The notes beneath the pieces are model-generated. The model was not told the origin of the DNA, searched no databases, and saw only the letters and a program-made list of their open reading frames with translations. From the NCBI GenBank assembly GCA_005882775.1, contig VBDY01000121.1, positions 2,440 to 66,439 of the forward strand: 64,000 bases of DNA, given 5' to 3'. This DNA is from Chloroflexota bacterium (GTDB lineage Bacteria; Chloroflexota; Dormibacteria; CF-121). The position numbers and the translations under genes are program-made. Below are positions 28,923 through 39,214 of this stretch, one piece after another; the stretch's first letter is position 1, and each line of letters opens with the position of its first letter.

Positions 28923-29267
28923 TCAGGGAAACGGGTGGCCGAGCCGGGCGGCGTAATAGGCACGAAGCCAGCCGTAGAAGATGATGCTCGCCCCTATTAG
29001 TAGGATGCCGCCGGTTATGCTCAAACCTAAAGGAAGCAGCCGCTTGCCCCGGTAGCGCGCGAACGCGAAGAAGGTCCCCCAGAACGAGCGGGTAAACAGG
29101 CCGTGGCGGCGGGCGTCTTTCAGTCCGAAGCGCAAGGTCAGGCCTCCCAGCACGGCCAGTGCGAGCGCCTCCACCAATTCGACCAAAGTCCCAGATATTG
29201 TAGTCCAGGTTATCCACAGCCCATAGCTGTTGTGGTAAAGTGATTGACACACGAGCTCCCATCTCAT
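28923..29267 (-). CDS. hypothetical small membrane protein (start uncertain)
   Basis: 3 hydrophobic segments and good GC3 in the distal two-thirds. The first ~30 codons have poorer codon usage and overlap the nrdJ promoter, so internal TTG/GTG starts at 29186/29177/29174 are possible. Confidence 0.35.
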   Translation of the reverse strand: MRWELVCQSLYHNSYGLWITWTTISGTLVELVEALALAVLGGLTLRFGLKDARRHGLFTRSFWGTFFAFARYRGKRLLPLGLSITGGILLIGASIIFYGWLRAYYAARLGHPFP

Positions 29268-29272
29268 AGGAT
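29244..29272 (+). promoter_or_regulatory. candidate promoter TTGACA-17-TAGGAT for nrdJ, with an inverted repeat bracketing the -10
   Basis: TTGACA 29244-29249, 17-nt spacer, TAGGAT 29267-29272. The inverted repeat GCTCCCA (29255-29261) / TGGGAGC (29274-29280) flanks the -10 box. GGAGG RBS at 29299-29303. Confidence 0.45.
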
Positions 29273-29312
29273 TTGGGAGCTTTTCTCACCCTTCCACCGG
29301 AGGTCTTGATTC

Positions 29313-32114
<2,802 letters not shown>

Positions 32115-32128
32115 CCGGGAAATCGCTG

Positions 32129-32154
32129 GGGGAGGCCGCCGGCCCGGCCTCCCC
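32129..32154 (+). terminator. perfect 10-bp GC stem-loop 15 nt after the nrdJ stop (no U-tract)
   Basis: GGGGAGGCCG-ccggcc-CGGCCTCCCC. Confidence 0.4.
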
Positions 32155-32463
32155 AACCCCCCTCGCCCAGCATCCGAGCTACTCATACGAGGGGCCGAAT
32201 TGTCCCTGCGGCGGTGTGACCAGCTGGGACGGGCACAAGTACCGCTGTCGCGGATGTGGTCTCTACTACGAAACCTGCTGTGATGGAGGCCGCTGCAGCT
32301 AAGCGGCCGCCGGAGGACCCGGACCGGAGGTAAAGCAGCTCCGGCGCGGCTCCCGCGGGTTCGAGTCTCATACCTCGTTCCCTCGGACCGACCTCCCCAG
32401 GCCGATTTCGAGACTGCCACTGCGAATGCCATCCGGCACGTCCAGCGCTGGTACCAGGACCGA

Positions 32464-33024
32464 ATGGGAAACGGCAAGACCTTTCGCCTGCACGAGGCCG
32501 CCGTGGAGACTACCCGCCTCCCGCATCCGGAAAACTGGTACCGCGAGCACGACATCGATCCCGATCGGAAGCTGTGGTTCTGGCGCAATGTGCTGGACGA
32601 CGCCTTCGCGGCCACGGGCGCCGGGTTCCACGATCCGATGAATCGCTGGGTGTTCTACATCGACTCAGAGAACGCGTCCGACCAGGCCGTCGGGGGGAAC
32701 GCGGGGGTGGCATTGCTGCCTCAGCACGACCTTCTGGGTCTCGTCGGCCGCAGTATTTTTCCTGGTGAGGCGAACGTCTGCCGATGGGTGGGGGGCCTCG
32801 GCCACGAGCTCGGTCATGCTTTCGAGCTCCCGCACCCGGCCGGGTTCCGGCGATTCGCATTTGACCGTTCGGGTGGATCGTTGATGGCGCTAGGCTTTCG
32901 AAATTATCCGGAGACCTTTCTCAATCCCGAGGACATCGAGCAACTTGATCGCAGTGACTTCTTCGTCCATCTCGACCTCGACGAGACTCCAGGATCATGC
33001 TCGCAGCTCCTGACCAACGCTTGA
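32464..33024 (+). CDS. hypothetical HExxH (zincin-like) protein
   Basis: 186 aa. GGLGHELGHAFELPH contains HExxH plus a downstream His. No signal peptide or TM. Family not recognised. Confidence 0.55.
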   Translation: MGNGKTFRLHEAAVETTRLPHPENWYREHDIDPDRKLWFWRNVLDDAFAATGAGFHDPMNRWVFYIDSENASDQAVGGNAGVALLPQHDLLGLVGRSIFPGEANVCRWVGGLGHELGHAFELPHPAGFRRFAFDRSGGSLMALGFRNYPETFLNPEDIEQLDRSDFFVHLDLDETPGSCSQLLTNA

Positions 33025-33461
33025 GAATTTCGCTCCGAGTCATCACTTTTGGTCCGAATCGTGGTATGGTCGCTGTTAATGATCGTTCAGCCGCGCCCGG
33101 GTCACGGCAGTGACCAGCGCGACGAGCAAGAAAAAGAAAACGCTTATCGAGGGTCGGAGTCGGCGTCGATCGTCATGGCGCACGACAGAGGGGACGTCAA
33201 AAACCAGGCCGCACGAAGCGGTGCTGGTCGACCCTTGTCCAGGCCGGACCGGTCATGCAGTGCGATATTCCACCGAGGGTTGATGCCCCACAGGCGGCGG
33301 CGCCCCTCGAGCCATTCCGTTTCTCTTTTGCTTCCGGTATCTGGCCGCGCCGGCGCCCGCGCGTCCATCGTGTCGCACACGTGGCGCTCACGCGCGTTCG
33401 GCGGCGGCGCATTGCGTCGGCGGCCGACCGGGAGAATTTCTCAAAGAAGGAGGTGACCTCG

Positions 33462-33527
33462 GTGGCCGCAAAGAAGAAAGCTGGCGGAAAGAAGAAGGCA
33501 GCGAAGAAGTCCTCGAAGAAGAAGTAG
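33462..33527 (+). CDS. 21-codon polylysine micro-ORF (V/M-AAKKKAGGKKKAAKKSSKKK)
   Basis: GTG 33462 is preceded by AAGGAGGTGA (33447-33456, 5-nt spacer), a 10-nt complement of the canonical 16S 3' tail. The stop is embedded in the palindrome TAGAGAGACTCTCTA and is followed by a strong hairpin. Confidence 0.5.
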   Translation: MAAKKKAGGKKKAAKKSSKKK

Positions 33528-33551
33528 AGAGACTCTCTAACTGACTTGATC

Positions 33552-33575
33552 AGCCGGCGCCTTCGGGCGCCGGCT
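33552..33575 (+). terminator. strong stem-loop AGCCGGCGCC-ttcg-GGCGCCGGCT
   Basis: Perfect 10-bp stem with a TTCG loop, 24 nt after the micro-ORF stop, followed by gtgccATTCTTT (weak U-tract). It lies only 10-16 nt before the next start codon. Confidence 0.5.
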
Positions 33576-33591
33576 GTGCCATTCTTTGGGC

Positions 33592-33996
33592 ATGGATCTG
33601 GAGCGGGCAAAGGGCTTCATTCATGACCGCCGGCAGGGGATCCTGGCCACCATCCGCCGGGACGGCAGGCCCCAATTGACCAGCGTCCTCTTCTTTCTTG
33701 ACGATGACGGGCGCGTGAAAATCTCGACCACCCGGCCAACGGCCAAGGTCCACAACCTTCGACGCGACCCCAGGGCCGTGCTTCACGTGTCCGGCAGCAG
33801 CTTCTACGAGTACGTGGCCATCGAAGGGAGCGTCGAGTTCATAGAGGGAGGGGGCATCCTGCCCGAGCTCCGCCGCTACTACAAGCGGGTGGCGGGCGAG
33901 CATCCCAACTGGGCCGAATACGATGCGGCCATGATTCGTGACCAGCGGCTGCTGCTTTCGCTCTCCGTCGACCGTGCCTATGGAATGCTGCGCTAG
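33592..33996 (+). CDS. PPOX-class probable F420-dependent oxidoreductase
   Basis: RRQGILATIRRDGRPQLTSVLFFLDDDGRVKISTT..AKVHNLRRDPR is the typical N-terminal half of this split-barrel family. Alternative TTG start at 33586. Confidence 0.75.
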   Translation: MDLERAKGFIHDRRQGILATIRRDGRPQLTSVLFFLDDDGRVKISTTRPTAKVHNLRRDPRAVLHVSGSSFYEYVAIEGSVEFIEGGGILPELRRYYKRVAGEHPNWAEYDAAMIRDQRLLLSLSVDRAYGMLR

Positions 33997-34016
33997 CCCA
34001 TCGGCCGGCGACTGAG

Positions 34017-34244
34017 TTACCGCACCGCCAGGCAGGTCACCGTCTTGAAGACACCGTCGATCTTCTGAATCTTCTCCACGATGATCGAGCCGATCCCGGC
34101 TACGTCGTTAGCCTCCACCTGGGCGATCACGTCGTACTCGCCGGTGATCGCGTCAGCATTCTTGATCCCGTTCACGCCCTGGAGCGACTTGGCCACTTCG
34201 ATGGCCTTCCCCGCGGATGCATTGATCAGCACGTAAGCGCGCAC
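34017..34244 (-). CDS. stand-alone Lrp/AsnC-type ligand-binding (RAM) domain protein
   Basis: 75 aa. MRAYVLINA......V...L..V.GI.....ITGEYDVIAQVE is the RAM/AsnC_trans_reg fold pattern without an HTH. Confidence 0.8.
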   Translation of the reverse strand: MRAYVLINASAGKAIEVAKSLQGVNGIKNADAITGEYDVIAQVEANDVAGIGSIIVEKIQKIDGVFKTVTCLAVR

Positions 34245-34297
34245 TTGAACCCTCCTTCCCGAGTCTCCGACCTTCAGGATATCCGACCGGGCGCGGC

Positions 34298-34303
34298 TAA
34301 GAT
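34298..34303 (+). promoter_or_regulatory. candidate -10 box TAAGAT, 6 nt upstream of tdh ATG (leaderless-type)
   Basis: TAAGAT-aggtat-ATG(34310). There is no Shine-Dalgarno sequence between them. Confidence 0.35.
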
Positions 34304-34309
34304 AGGTAT

Positions 34310-35353
34310 ATGACGTCCATGACGGCAGTGGTGAAAGCCACTGCCGGGCCGGGCGCCGAGCTCGACCAGGTCGCCATTCCCGAACCAGCAGCGAGCGACG
34401 TTCTGATCGAGGTTTCCGCCTCGTCCATCTGTGGAACGGACGTCCACATCTACGACTGGAACGACTGGGCCAGGCGGCATATCCAGCCGCCGCGCGTATT
34501 TGGCCACGAAATGTCCGGCCGGATCGTGGCCGTGGGCAACACCGTCACCGAACTCAGGCCGGGCGATTACGTCGCGGCCGAGACGCACGTCGTCGATCAC
34601 ACCTGCCGGCAGTGCCAGCGGGGCCTGTTTCACATCTGCGAGAACGTCCGGGTTCTGGGAGTGGACCGCGACGGGTCCTTTGCTCGCTTCGTGCTGCTCC
34701 CAGCCTGGAACTGCTGGCGGAACGCCGGCGGGCTCTCGCCCGAGGTGGCGGCCCTCCAGGAACCATTCGGCAATGCGGTGCACGCCGCCACGGCCGGCCC
34801 CCTGGAAAACAACACGGTCGCCATATTCGGGGCCGGCCCGATCGGCCTCTGCGCCATCGGAATCGCCCGTGCGGAGCGGGCTGCCGCAATCTTCGTGGTC
34901 GAGCCGAATCCGTTTCGGCGCGAGCTGGCTGAGCGAATGGGCGCAACGGCGACCTTCACACCTTCGGGTTCGACCGTGGAGGACCTCAAGAAGGCTAACG
35001 GCGGACTCGGCGTCGATGTCGTCCTGGAGATGTCGGGCCACCCCAGTGCCGTCGAGCAGGGCCTGCGCGTGCTCCATCCAGGGGGCTGGATCAGCCTGCT
35101 CGGGCTCGGCGACCAGCCGGTGACGCTGGACCTGAACGACCTTGTGGTCACCAAGGGCATCACCATTTACGGCATCTTCGGCCGCCGGATCTGGGACAGC
35201 TGGGAGAAGACCTCGCGCTACCTGAGCAGTGGCAGGGTCGACGTCACCCCATTGATCACCCATCGCTATCCGCTCGAGGACTTCCAGGAAGCGATGGCCA
35301 AGATGAAGAGTGGAAAGTCGGGCAAGGTTGTCTTGCTGCCGAACGGAAGCTAG
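34310..35353 (+). CDS. tdh: L-threonine 3-dehydrogenase
   Basis: Zn-ADH family (SSICGTDVHIY, GHEMSG). 347 aa, immediately upstream of kbl, the classic tdh-kbl pair. Confidence 0.9.
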   Translation: MTSMTAVVKATAGPGAELDQVAIPEPAASDVLIEVSASSICGTDVHIYDWNDWARRHIQPPRVFGHEMSGRIVAVGNTVTELRPGDYVAAETHVVDHTCRQCQRGLFHICENVRVLGVDRDGSFARFVLLPAWNCWRNAGGLSPEVAALQEPFGNAVHAATAGPLENNTVAIFGAGPIGLCAIGIARAERAAAIFVVEPNPFRRELAERMGATATFTPSGSTVEDLKKANGGLGVDVVLEMSGHPSAVEQGLRVLHPGGWISLLGLGDQPVTLDLNDLVVTKGITIYGIFGRRIWDSWEKTSRYLSSGRVDVTPLITHRYPLEDFQEAMAKMKSGKSGKVVLLPNGS

Positions 35354-35362
35354 GAGGCTGGC

Positions 35363-36550
35363 ATGATCACGGAGCGGATGCGATTCCTTGCTGAAGACCT
35401 TGACGATCTACGCAGTAAAGGCCTGTTCCGGCCGCTGCGGGTGCTGGGGTCGGCCCAGGACACTGAAGTGGTCGTGGATGGCGTCGCTGTCCTGAACCTG
35501 TCGTCGAACAACTATCTGGGCCTGACCACGCATCCCCGTCTGAAGACTGCCATGGTGAACGCCACGGAGCTTTGGGGCGCAGGGTCAGGGGCGGTCCGCA
35601 CCATCGCGGGCACCATGTCAGTTCACGAGGAGCTGGAGCGCAAGCTCGCCGACTTCAAGCACGCGGAGGCCTCGTTGGTCTTTCAGTCGGGCTTCACAGC
35701 CAACCTGGGCGTCCTGCAGGTGCTGGTCAAGGAGGGCGACGTGATCATCAGCGACGAGCTGAACCACGCATCGATCATCGATGGCATCCGGCTGTCCAAG
35801 GCCGAGCGGTCCATCTTCAAGCACAAGGACATGGATGACCTGGAGCGTCACCTGGAAAGGCATCAGGACAAGAGGGTCAAGCTGGTGGTAACCGACGGGG
35901 TGTTCAGCATGGATGGCGATATTGCCCCACTGCCCGCCATCGTGGAGCGGGCGGAGCGGCACGGCGCCCTGGTGATGGTCGATGATGCCCATGCCAGCGG
36001 GGTGCTCGGACGAAACGGCCGGGGCACCGTCAACCACTTCGAGCTCGATGGCCGCGTCGATCTCCAGATCGGCACCCTTTCCAAAGCAATCGGCGTCCTG
36101 GGCGGATACGTAGCCTCGACCCAGACGGTCAGGGACTTCCTGATCCACCGGGCCCGGCCATTCCTCTTCAGCACCTCGCACCCACCCGGAGTCGCGGCCG
36201 CATGCAGCGCTGCCATCGACGTGCTGCTGGCGGAACCCGACCTGATAGAACGGCTCTGGCAGAACACCGCGCGGTTCAAGGCGGGACTGAAGCGGCTGGG
36301 TTTCGACACCGGCCCAAGCGAGACCCCAATCACCCCGGTGATCATGGGAAAGGGGGCGACCGCGATGGCTTTCTCAGACCGGTTGTTCAACCGGGGCGTT
36401 TTCGCACAGGGGATCGGGTACCCGACAGTCCCGGAGGGGCGTGCCCGGATCCGGACGATCGTCACCAGCGCCCACAGCGAGGCGCAGCTCGACCGGGCCC
36501 TGGAGGCCTTCGAGAGCGTAGGCAAAGAGCTGGGCGTGATTGGCAAGTAA
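35363..36550 (+). CDS. kbl: glycine C-acetyltransferase (2-amino-3-ketobutyrate CoA ligase)
   Basis: Alpha-oxoamine synthase family. PLP-lysine block GTLSKAIG and [10 protein letters not shown]. 395 aa. Confidence 0.9.
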   Translation: MITERMRFLAEDLDDLRSKGLFRPLRVLGSAQDTEVVVDGVAVLNLSSNNYLGLTTHPRLKTAMVNATELWGAGSGAVRTIAGTMSVHEELERKLADFKHAEASLVFQSGFTANLGVLQVLVKEGDVIISDELNHASIIDGIRLSKAERSIFKHKDMDDLERHLERHQDKRVKLVVTDGVFSMDGDIAPLPAIVERAERHGALVMVDDAHASGVLGRNGRGTVNHFELDGRVDLQIGTLSKAIGVLGGYVASTQTVRDFLIHRARPFLFSTSHPPGVAAACSAAIDVLLAEPDLIERLWQNTARFKAGLKRLGFDTGPSETPITPVIMGKGATAMAFSDRLFNRGVFAQGIGYPTVPEGRARIRTIVTSAHSEAQLDRALEAFESVGKELGVIGK

Positions 36551-36596
36551 CCTTTCGCTCAGGGACCGACTATATGGATAGGTCAGCAGCTGCGGC

Positions 36597-37157
36597 GTGA
36601 CCGAACGCTCGGCGGCGGAGCTGCAAGACGAGGCGCGCCTGATCGAGGCAGCCAAGCGGGATCGGAACGCCTTCACGGCGCTCTACCAGCGCTATTTCGA
36701 TCAGATTTACTCGTACTGCTACTACCACAGCGGCCGGCGTGAGGAGGCTGAGGACCTGGCCAGCGAGACGTTCCAGCGAGCGATCGAGGGCCTGGACGAT
36801 TTCGAGTGGCGCGGAATTCCATATAGCGCATGGTTGTACAAAGTGGCATCGAATTTGATGGCGAAGCAGCGCCGACGGCCCGCCTGGATCGAGCTCCCCG
36901 AGCCGGTGTCCGGACCAGTGGAGGACGACCCGGAGCATCGCTGGCTGAAGCGGGAGCAGGGTGATGAGCTGCACGCCGCGGTCCGACGGCTGCCGGTCGA
37001 CCAGCGGCAGGCGGTGCTGCTCAAGTTCGAGGGCCGGCTGCGCAACAAAGAGATCGGCGTGATCATGGGCCGAAGCGAGGGGGCGATCAAGCTCCTCCTC
37101 TTTCGCGCGGTGCATGGCCTCCGTCGCCGGTTGAGCGGATCGGTGAAAAAGGCATGA
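36597..37157 (+). CDS. ECF-type RNA polymerase sigma factor
   Basis: Region 2 (FTALYQRYFDQIYSYCYYH..EDLASETFQRA) and region 4 HTH (LPVDQRQAVLLKFEGRLRNKEIGVIMGRSEGAIKLLLFRA). Confidence 0.85.
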   Translation: MTERSAAELQDEARLIEAAKRDRNAFTALYQRYFDQIYSYCYYHSGRREEAEDLASETFQRAIEGLDDFEWRGIPYSAWLYKVASNLMAKQRRRPAWIELPEPVSGPVEDDPEHRWLKREQGDELHAAVRRLPVDQRQAVLLKFEGRLRNKEIGVIMGRSEGAIKLLLFRAVHGLRRRLSGSVKKA

Positions 37158-37543
37158 ATCCGAGGCCGGACGACGTCGATGCCCTGGCCCGCGCGATCGA
37201 TCGCATGGTTTTTTCCGAGACACGGAGCGCCCCCCAGGCGCAGGCGCCGGCAGTGACCGGGCTGATCTCCTACCTGAATGAGAGTTTTCCTCGGATGTCG
37301 CCGGCGGCGGCACGTCGCCAGCGCCTCGAGCGGCGAATCCTGCGGACGCTCGGTATTCCGAACGGTCCGCCGAATCCGGCCTGGCTCCGGCTGGAAGCCG
37401 AGATGAATCGCCGGCTGCGAAACATCAATCCACGCTGGACGCCCGTACTGGGTGGCGCGGCCATCGTCTTGATCGGTATGGTGGGATTCGCTTACTGGCG
37501 GCAACGGACGGGGGACAGGCCGGTGGCGGCCAGCCTGCGCTGA
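37154..37543 (+). CDS. putative membrane-anchored anti-sigma factor (short)
   Basis: ATGA overlap with the sigma gene. Single C-terminal TM (VLGGAAIVLIGMVGFAYW) followed by only 13 residues. The call rests on position only. Confidence 0.45.
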   Translation: MNPRPDDVDALARAIDRMVFSETRSAPQAQAPAVTGLISYLNESFPRMSPAAARRQRLERRILRTLGIPNGPPNPAWLRLEAEMNRRLRNINPRWTPVLGGAAIVLIGMVGFAYWRQRTGDRPVAASLR

Positions 37544-37736
37544 GGGACCAAGCTTTAGCGTTGCGTTCGGGGGCGCTTGGACTCCCAGGCTATGCGGGCC
37601 TGGTTGCCGGCCCCGCGCCGACCGCAGCCGAGATCGCGCTCGAAGGGCAGCCGGGACCTTACCCTAGCCCGACCCCGGCGCATTCTCCAATGCCCAGCCC
37701 GAGCGTGCGGCCGTCGCCGAGTCCGACCATTAGCTG

Positions 37737-37886
37737 ATGGACGAGGACCTCTCCCCTAAGGAGCGTGCCCGGGTGCGGGCTCGCGAGAAGAAGTCGAGAC
37801 CGCCCCAGATGGTGGTCGACAACGCCGGCGTGAAGCGGATCCAGCTCGCGCTTGGCCAGAACGCCAAGAGAAAGAAGAAGAGGTAA
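37737..37886 (+). CDS. 49-aa basic small protein (not in the ORF track, below its length cut-off)
   Basis: MDEDLSPKERARVRAREKKSRPPQMVVDNAGVKRIQLALGQNAKRKKKR. Strong GC3 codon bias consistent with neighbouring genes. Its ATG overlaps an upstream in-frame-open stop as TGATG. Confidence 0.4.
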   Translation: MDEDLSPKERARVRAREKKSRPPQMVVDNAGVKRIQLALGQNAKRKKKR

Positions 37887-37943
37887 CACGATATTCTGGT
37901 GTCGGACCGCCCTGCAACCGGTCCAGCGCGCACAGGAGGATAT

Positions 37944-38825
37944 GTGAGCACTATTCGCAAGGCCGTTTTTCCGGCGGCTGGGCTTGGGACTCGTTTTCTG
38001 CCGGCCACCAAAGCGCAGCCTAAAGAAATGCTGCCGATCGTCGACAAGCCCATCATCCAGTACGGGGTAGAGGAGGCGGTGGCCTCCGGCATCGACCAGA
38101 TCATTGTGGTAACGGGCCGAGATAAGCGTGCCATTGTCGACCACTTCGACATCTCGTTCGAGCTCGAGCACTACCTGAAGGACCGCGGGAAGACCAAGGA
38201 ACTGCAGGTGGTTCGAAAGATCTCGGACATGGTGGACATCACATACATCCATCAGAAGGAGCCGCTCGGACTGGGCCACGCCGTACTGATGGCCAAAGAC
38301 GTCGTCGGTAACGATCCGTTCGCCGTTTTCCTGGCGGACGACATCATCAGGTCCAGGACACCTTGCATTCGCCAGATGATGGATGTCTACGAGGAGCGCC
38401 AGGCCTCGGTCCTGGCCTTGCAGCAGGTGGCTGAGGACCAGGTCTCCCGCTACGGCATTGTTCGTGTCGCCAGCAGCCAGGGGCGAGTTCATGAGGTTGT
38501 CGACATGGTCGAGAAGCCGGAGCCCGCCAGAGCCCCCTCGAACCTGGCCATCCTGGGCCGTTACGTGCTCAAGCCGACCATATTCGGGATCCTGGAAACC
38601 ACTCACGAGGGCGTGGGCGGTGAGATCCAGCTGACGGATGCGCTCCGGACCATGGCCCAGCAGGAGAAGGTGCTCGGCCTCGAGTTCGACGGCACCTACT
38701 ACGACGTGGGGACGGTTCCCGGGTTCCTAAAGACATCGATCGCTTTTGCCCTGGAGCGCCCGGGCCTCCGCGAGGAGCTCCTAGCCTATCTGCGCAGCCT
38801 CCCCGGGCTGCCCGCCGGCTCCTGA
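37944..38825 (+). CDS. galU: UTP--glucose-1-phosphate uridylyltransferase
   Basis: AVFPAAGLGTRFLPATKAQPKEMLPIVDKP signature and VEKP block. GTG 37944 preceded by AGGAGG (alternative GTG at 37899). Confidence 0.9.
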   Translation: MSTIRKAVFPAAGLGTRFLPATKAQPKEMLPIVDKPIIQYGVEEAVASGIDQIIVVTGRDKRAIVDHFDISFELEHYLKDRGKTKELQVVRKISDMVDITYIHQKEPLGLGHAVLMAKDVVGNDPFAVFLADDIIRSRTPCIRQMMDVYEERQASVLALQQVAEDQVSRYGIVRVASSQGRVHEVVDMVEKPEPARAPSNLAILGRYVLKPTIFGILETTHEGVGGEIQLTDALRTMAQQEKVLGLEFDGTYYDVGTVPGFLKTSIAFALERPGLREELLAYLRSLPGLPAGS

Positions 38826-38853
38826 CCTGGCGTTCGCCGCCTCCGTCCGGAGC

Positions 38854-38859
38854 TATAAT
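38854..38859 (+). promoter_or_regulatory. consensus TATAAT hexamer 14 nt upstream of ATG 38874
   Basis: gagcTATAATtggtattccgatttATG, in a local AT-rich dip. Confidence 0.35.
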
Positions 38860-38873
38860 TGGTATTCCGATTT

Positions 38874-39161
38874 ATGCCTGTAGCTATGCCTATCACGGGT
38901 CCAGAAATGGCTGTACAAGGAAGACGCAGATCCGACGAAGACCGGGTCGTCCGGTATTTGAACACCGAGGGCGACTTCGAGGTGGAGGTTTCGCACACCC
39001 TCAACAAGTGGTGCGTGACCGTCTTTCAGCTTCCCTCCAAGCAGGTGGTCGCCCAGGATTTCTTTCCTGAGCGGTGGAAGGCGCTTGCCCGTGCCCAGGA
39101 TTTCGTACGGATCCTGAATACGCGCAACAAGCCGCAACCGGAAACTGACGAAGACCTCTGA
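38874..39161 (+). CDS. hypothetical protein (95 aa)
   Basis: ORF with acceptable codon usage and no recognised domain. Alternative starts at 38859 (TTG), 38886 and 38907. Confidence 0.45.
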   Translation: MPVAMPITGPEMAVQGRRRSDEDRVVRYLNTEGDFEVEVSHTLNKWCVTVFQLPSKQVVAQDFFPERWKALARAQDFVRILNTRNKPQPETDEDL

Positions 39162-39214
39162 TCAGTAACTCTTCGACGGCCTTCTGGCGCCGCGAGTGGG
39201 GCGCCCTGGCCTTC

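Noticed and set aside
29186-29240. Possible NrdR boxes (CCCAGATATTGTAGTC and CACAGCCCATAGCTGTTGTGG) upstream of nrdJ
   Set aside because: They match only partially the 16-bp AT-rich NrdR palindrome as I remember it. The second element lacks the central ATAT core. I cannot support the call without a genome-wide motif model.
32352-32372. tRNA-like T-loop string GGGTTCGAGTCTC
   Set aside because: The flanking bases cannot form a T-stem (GCGGG versus CTCAT). No acceptor, D or anticodon arms can be drawn around it. A 10-mer of this kind is expected by chance at this window size.
33025-33461. Assignment of the long non-coding gap to a known housekeeping RNA (RNase P RNA, tmRNA, SRP RNA, 6S RNA) or a known riboswitch
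   Set aside because: I could not find the diagnostic strings on either strand: the RNase P P4 GAGGAAAGTCC-type motif, a tmRNA tag ORF with a tRNA-like end, or the SRP GGAA/AGCAGC domain IV. The gap stays unassigned and is reported only as a candidate.
33255-33461. The 90-aa ORF 33255-33527 as the real gene containing the Lys-rich tail
   Set aside because: Its first 69 codons are Arg/Pro-rich with poor coding character. The perfect SD sits immediately before the internal GTG at 33462, so the micro-ORF interpretation is preferred.
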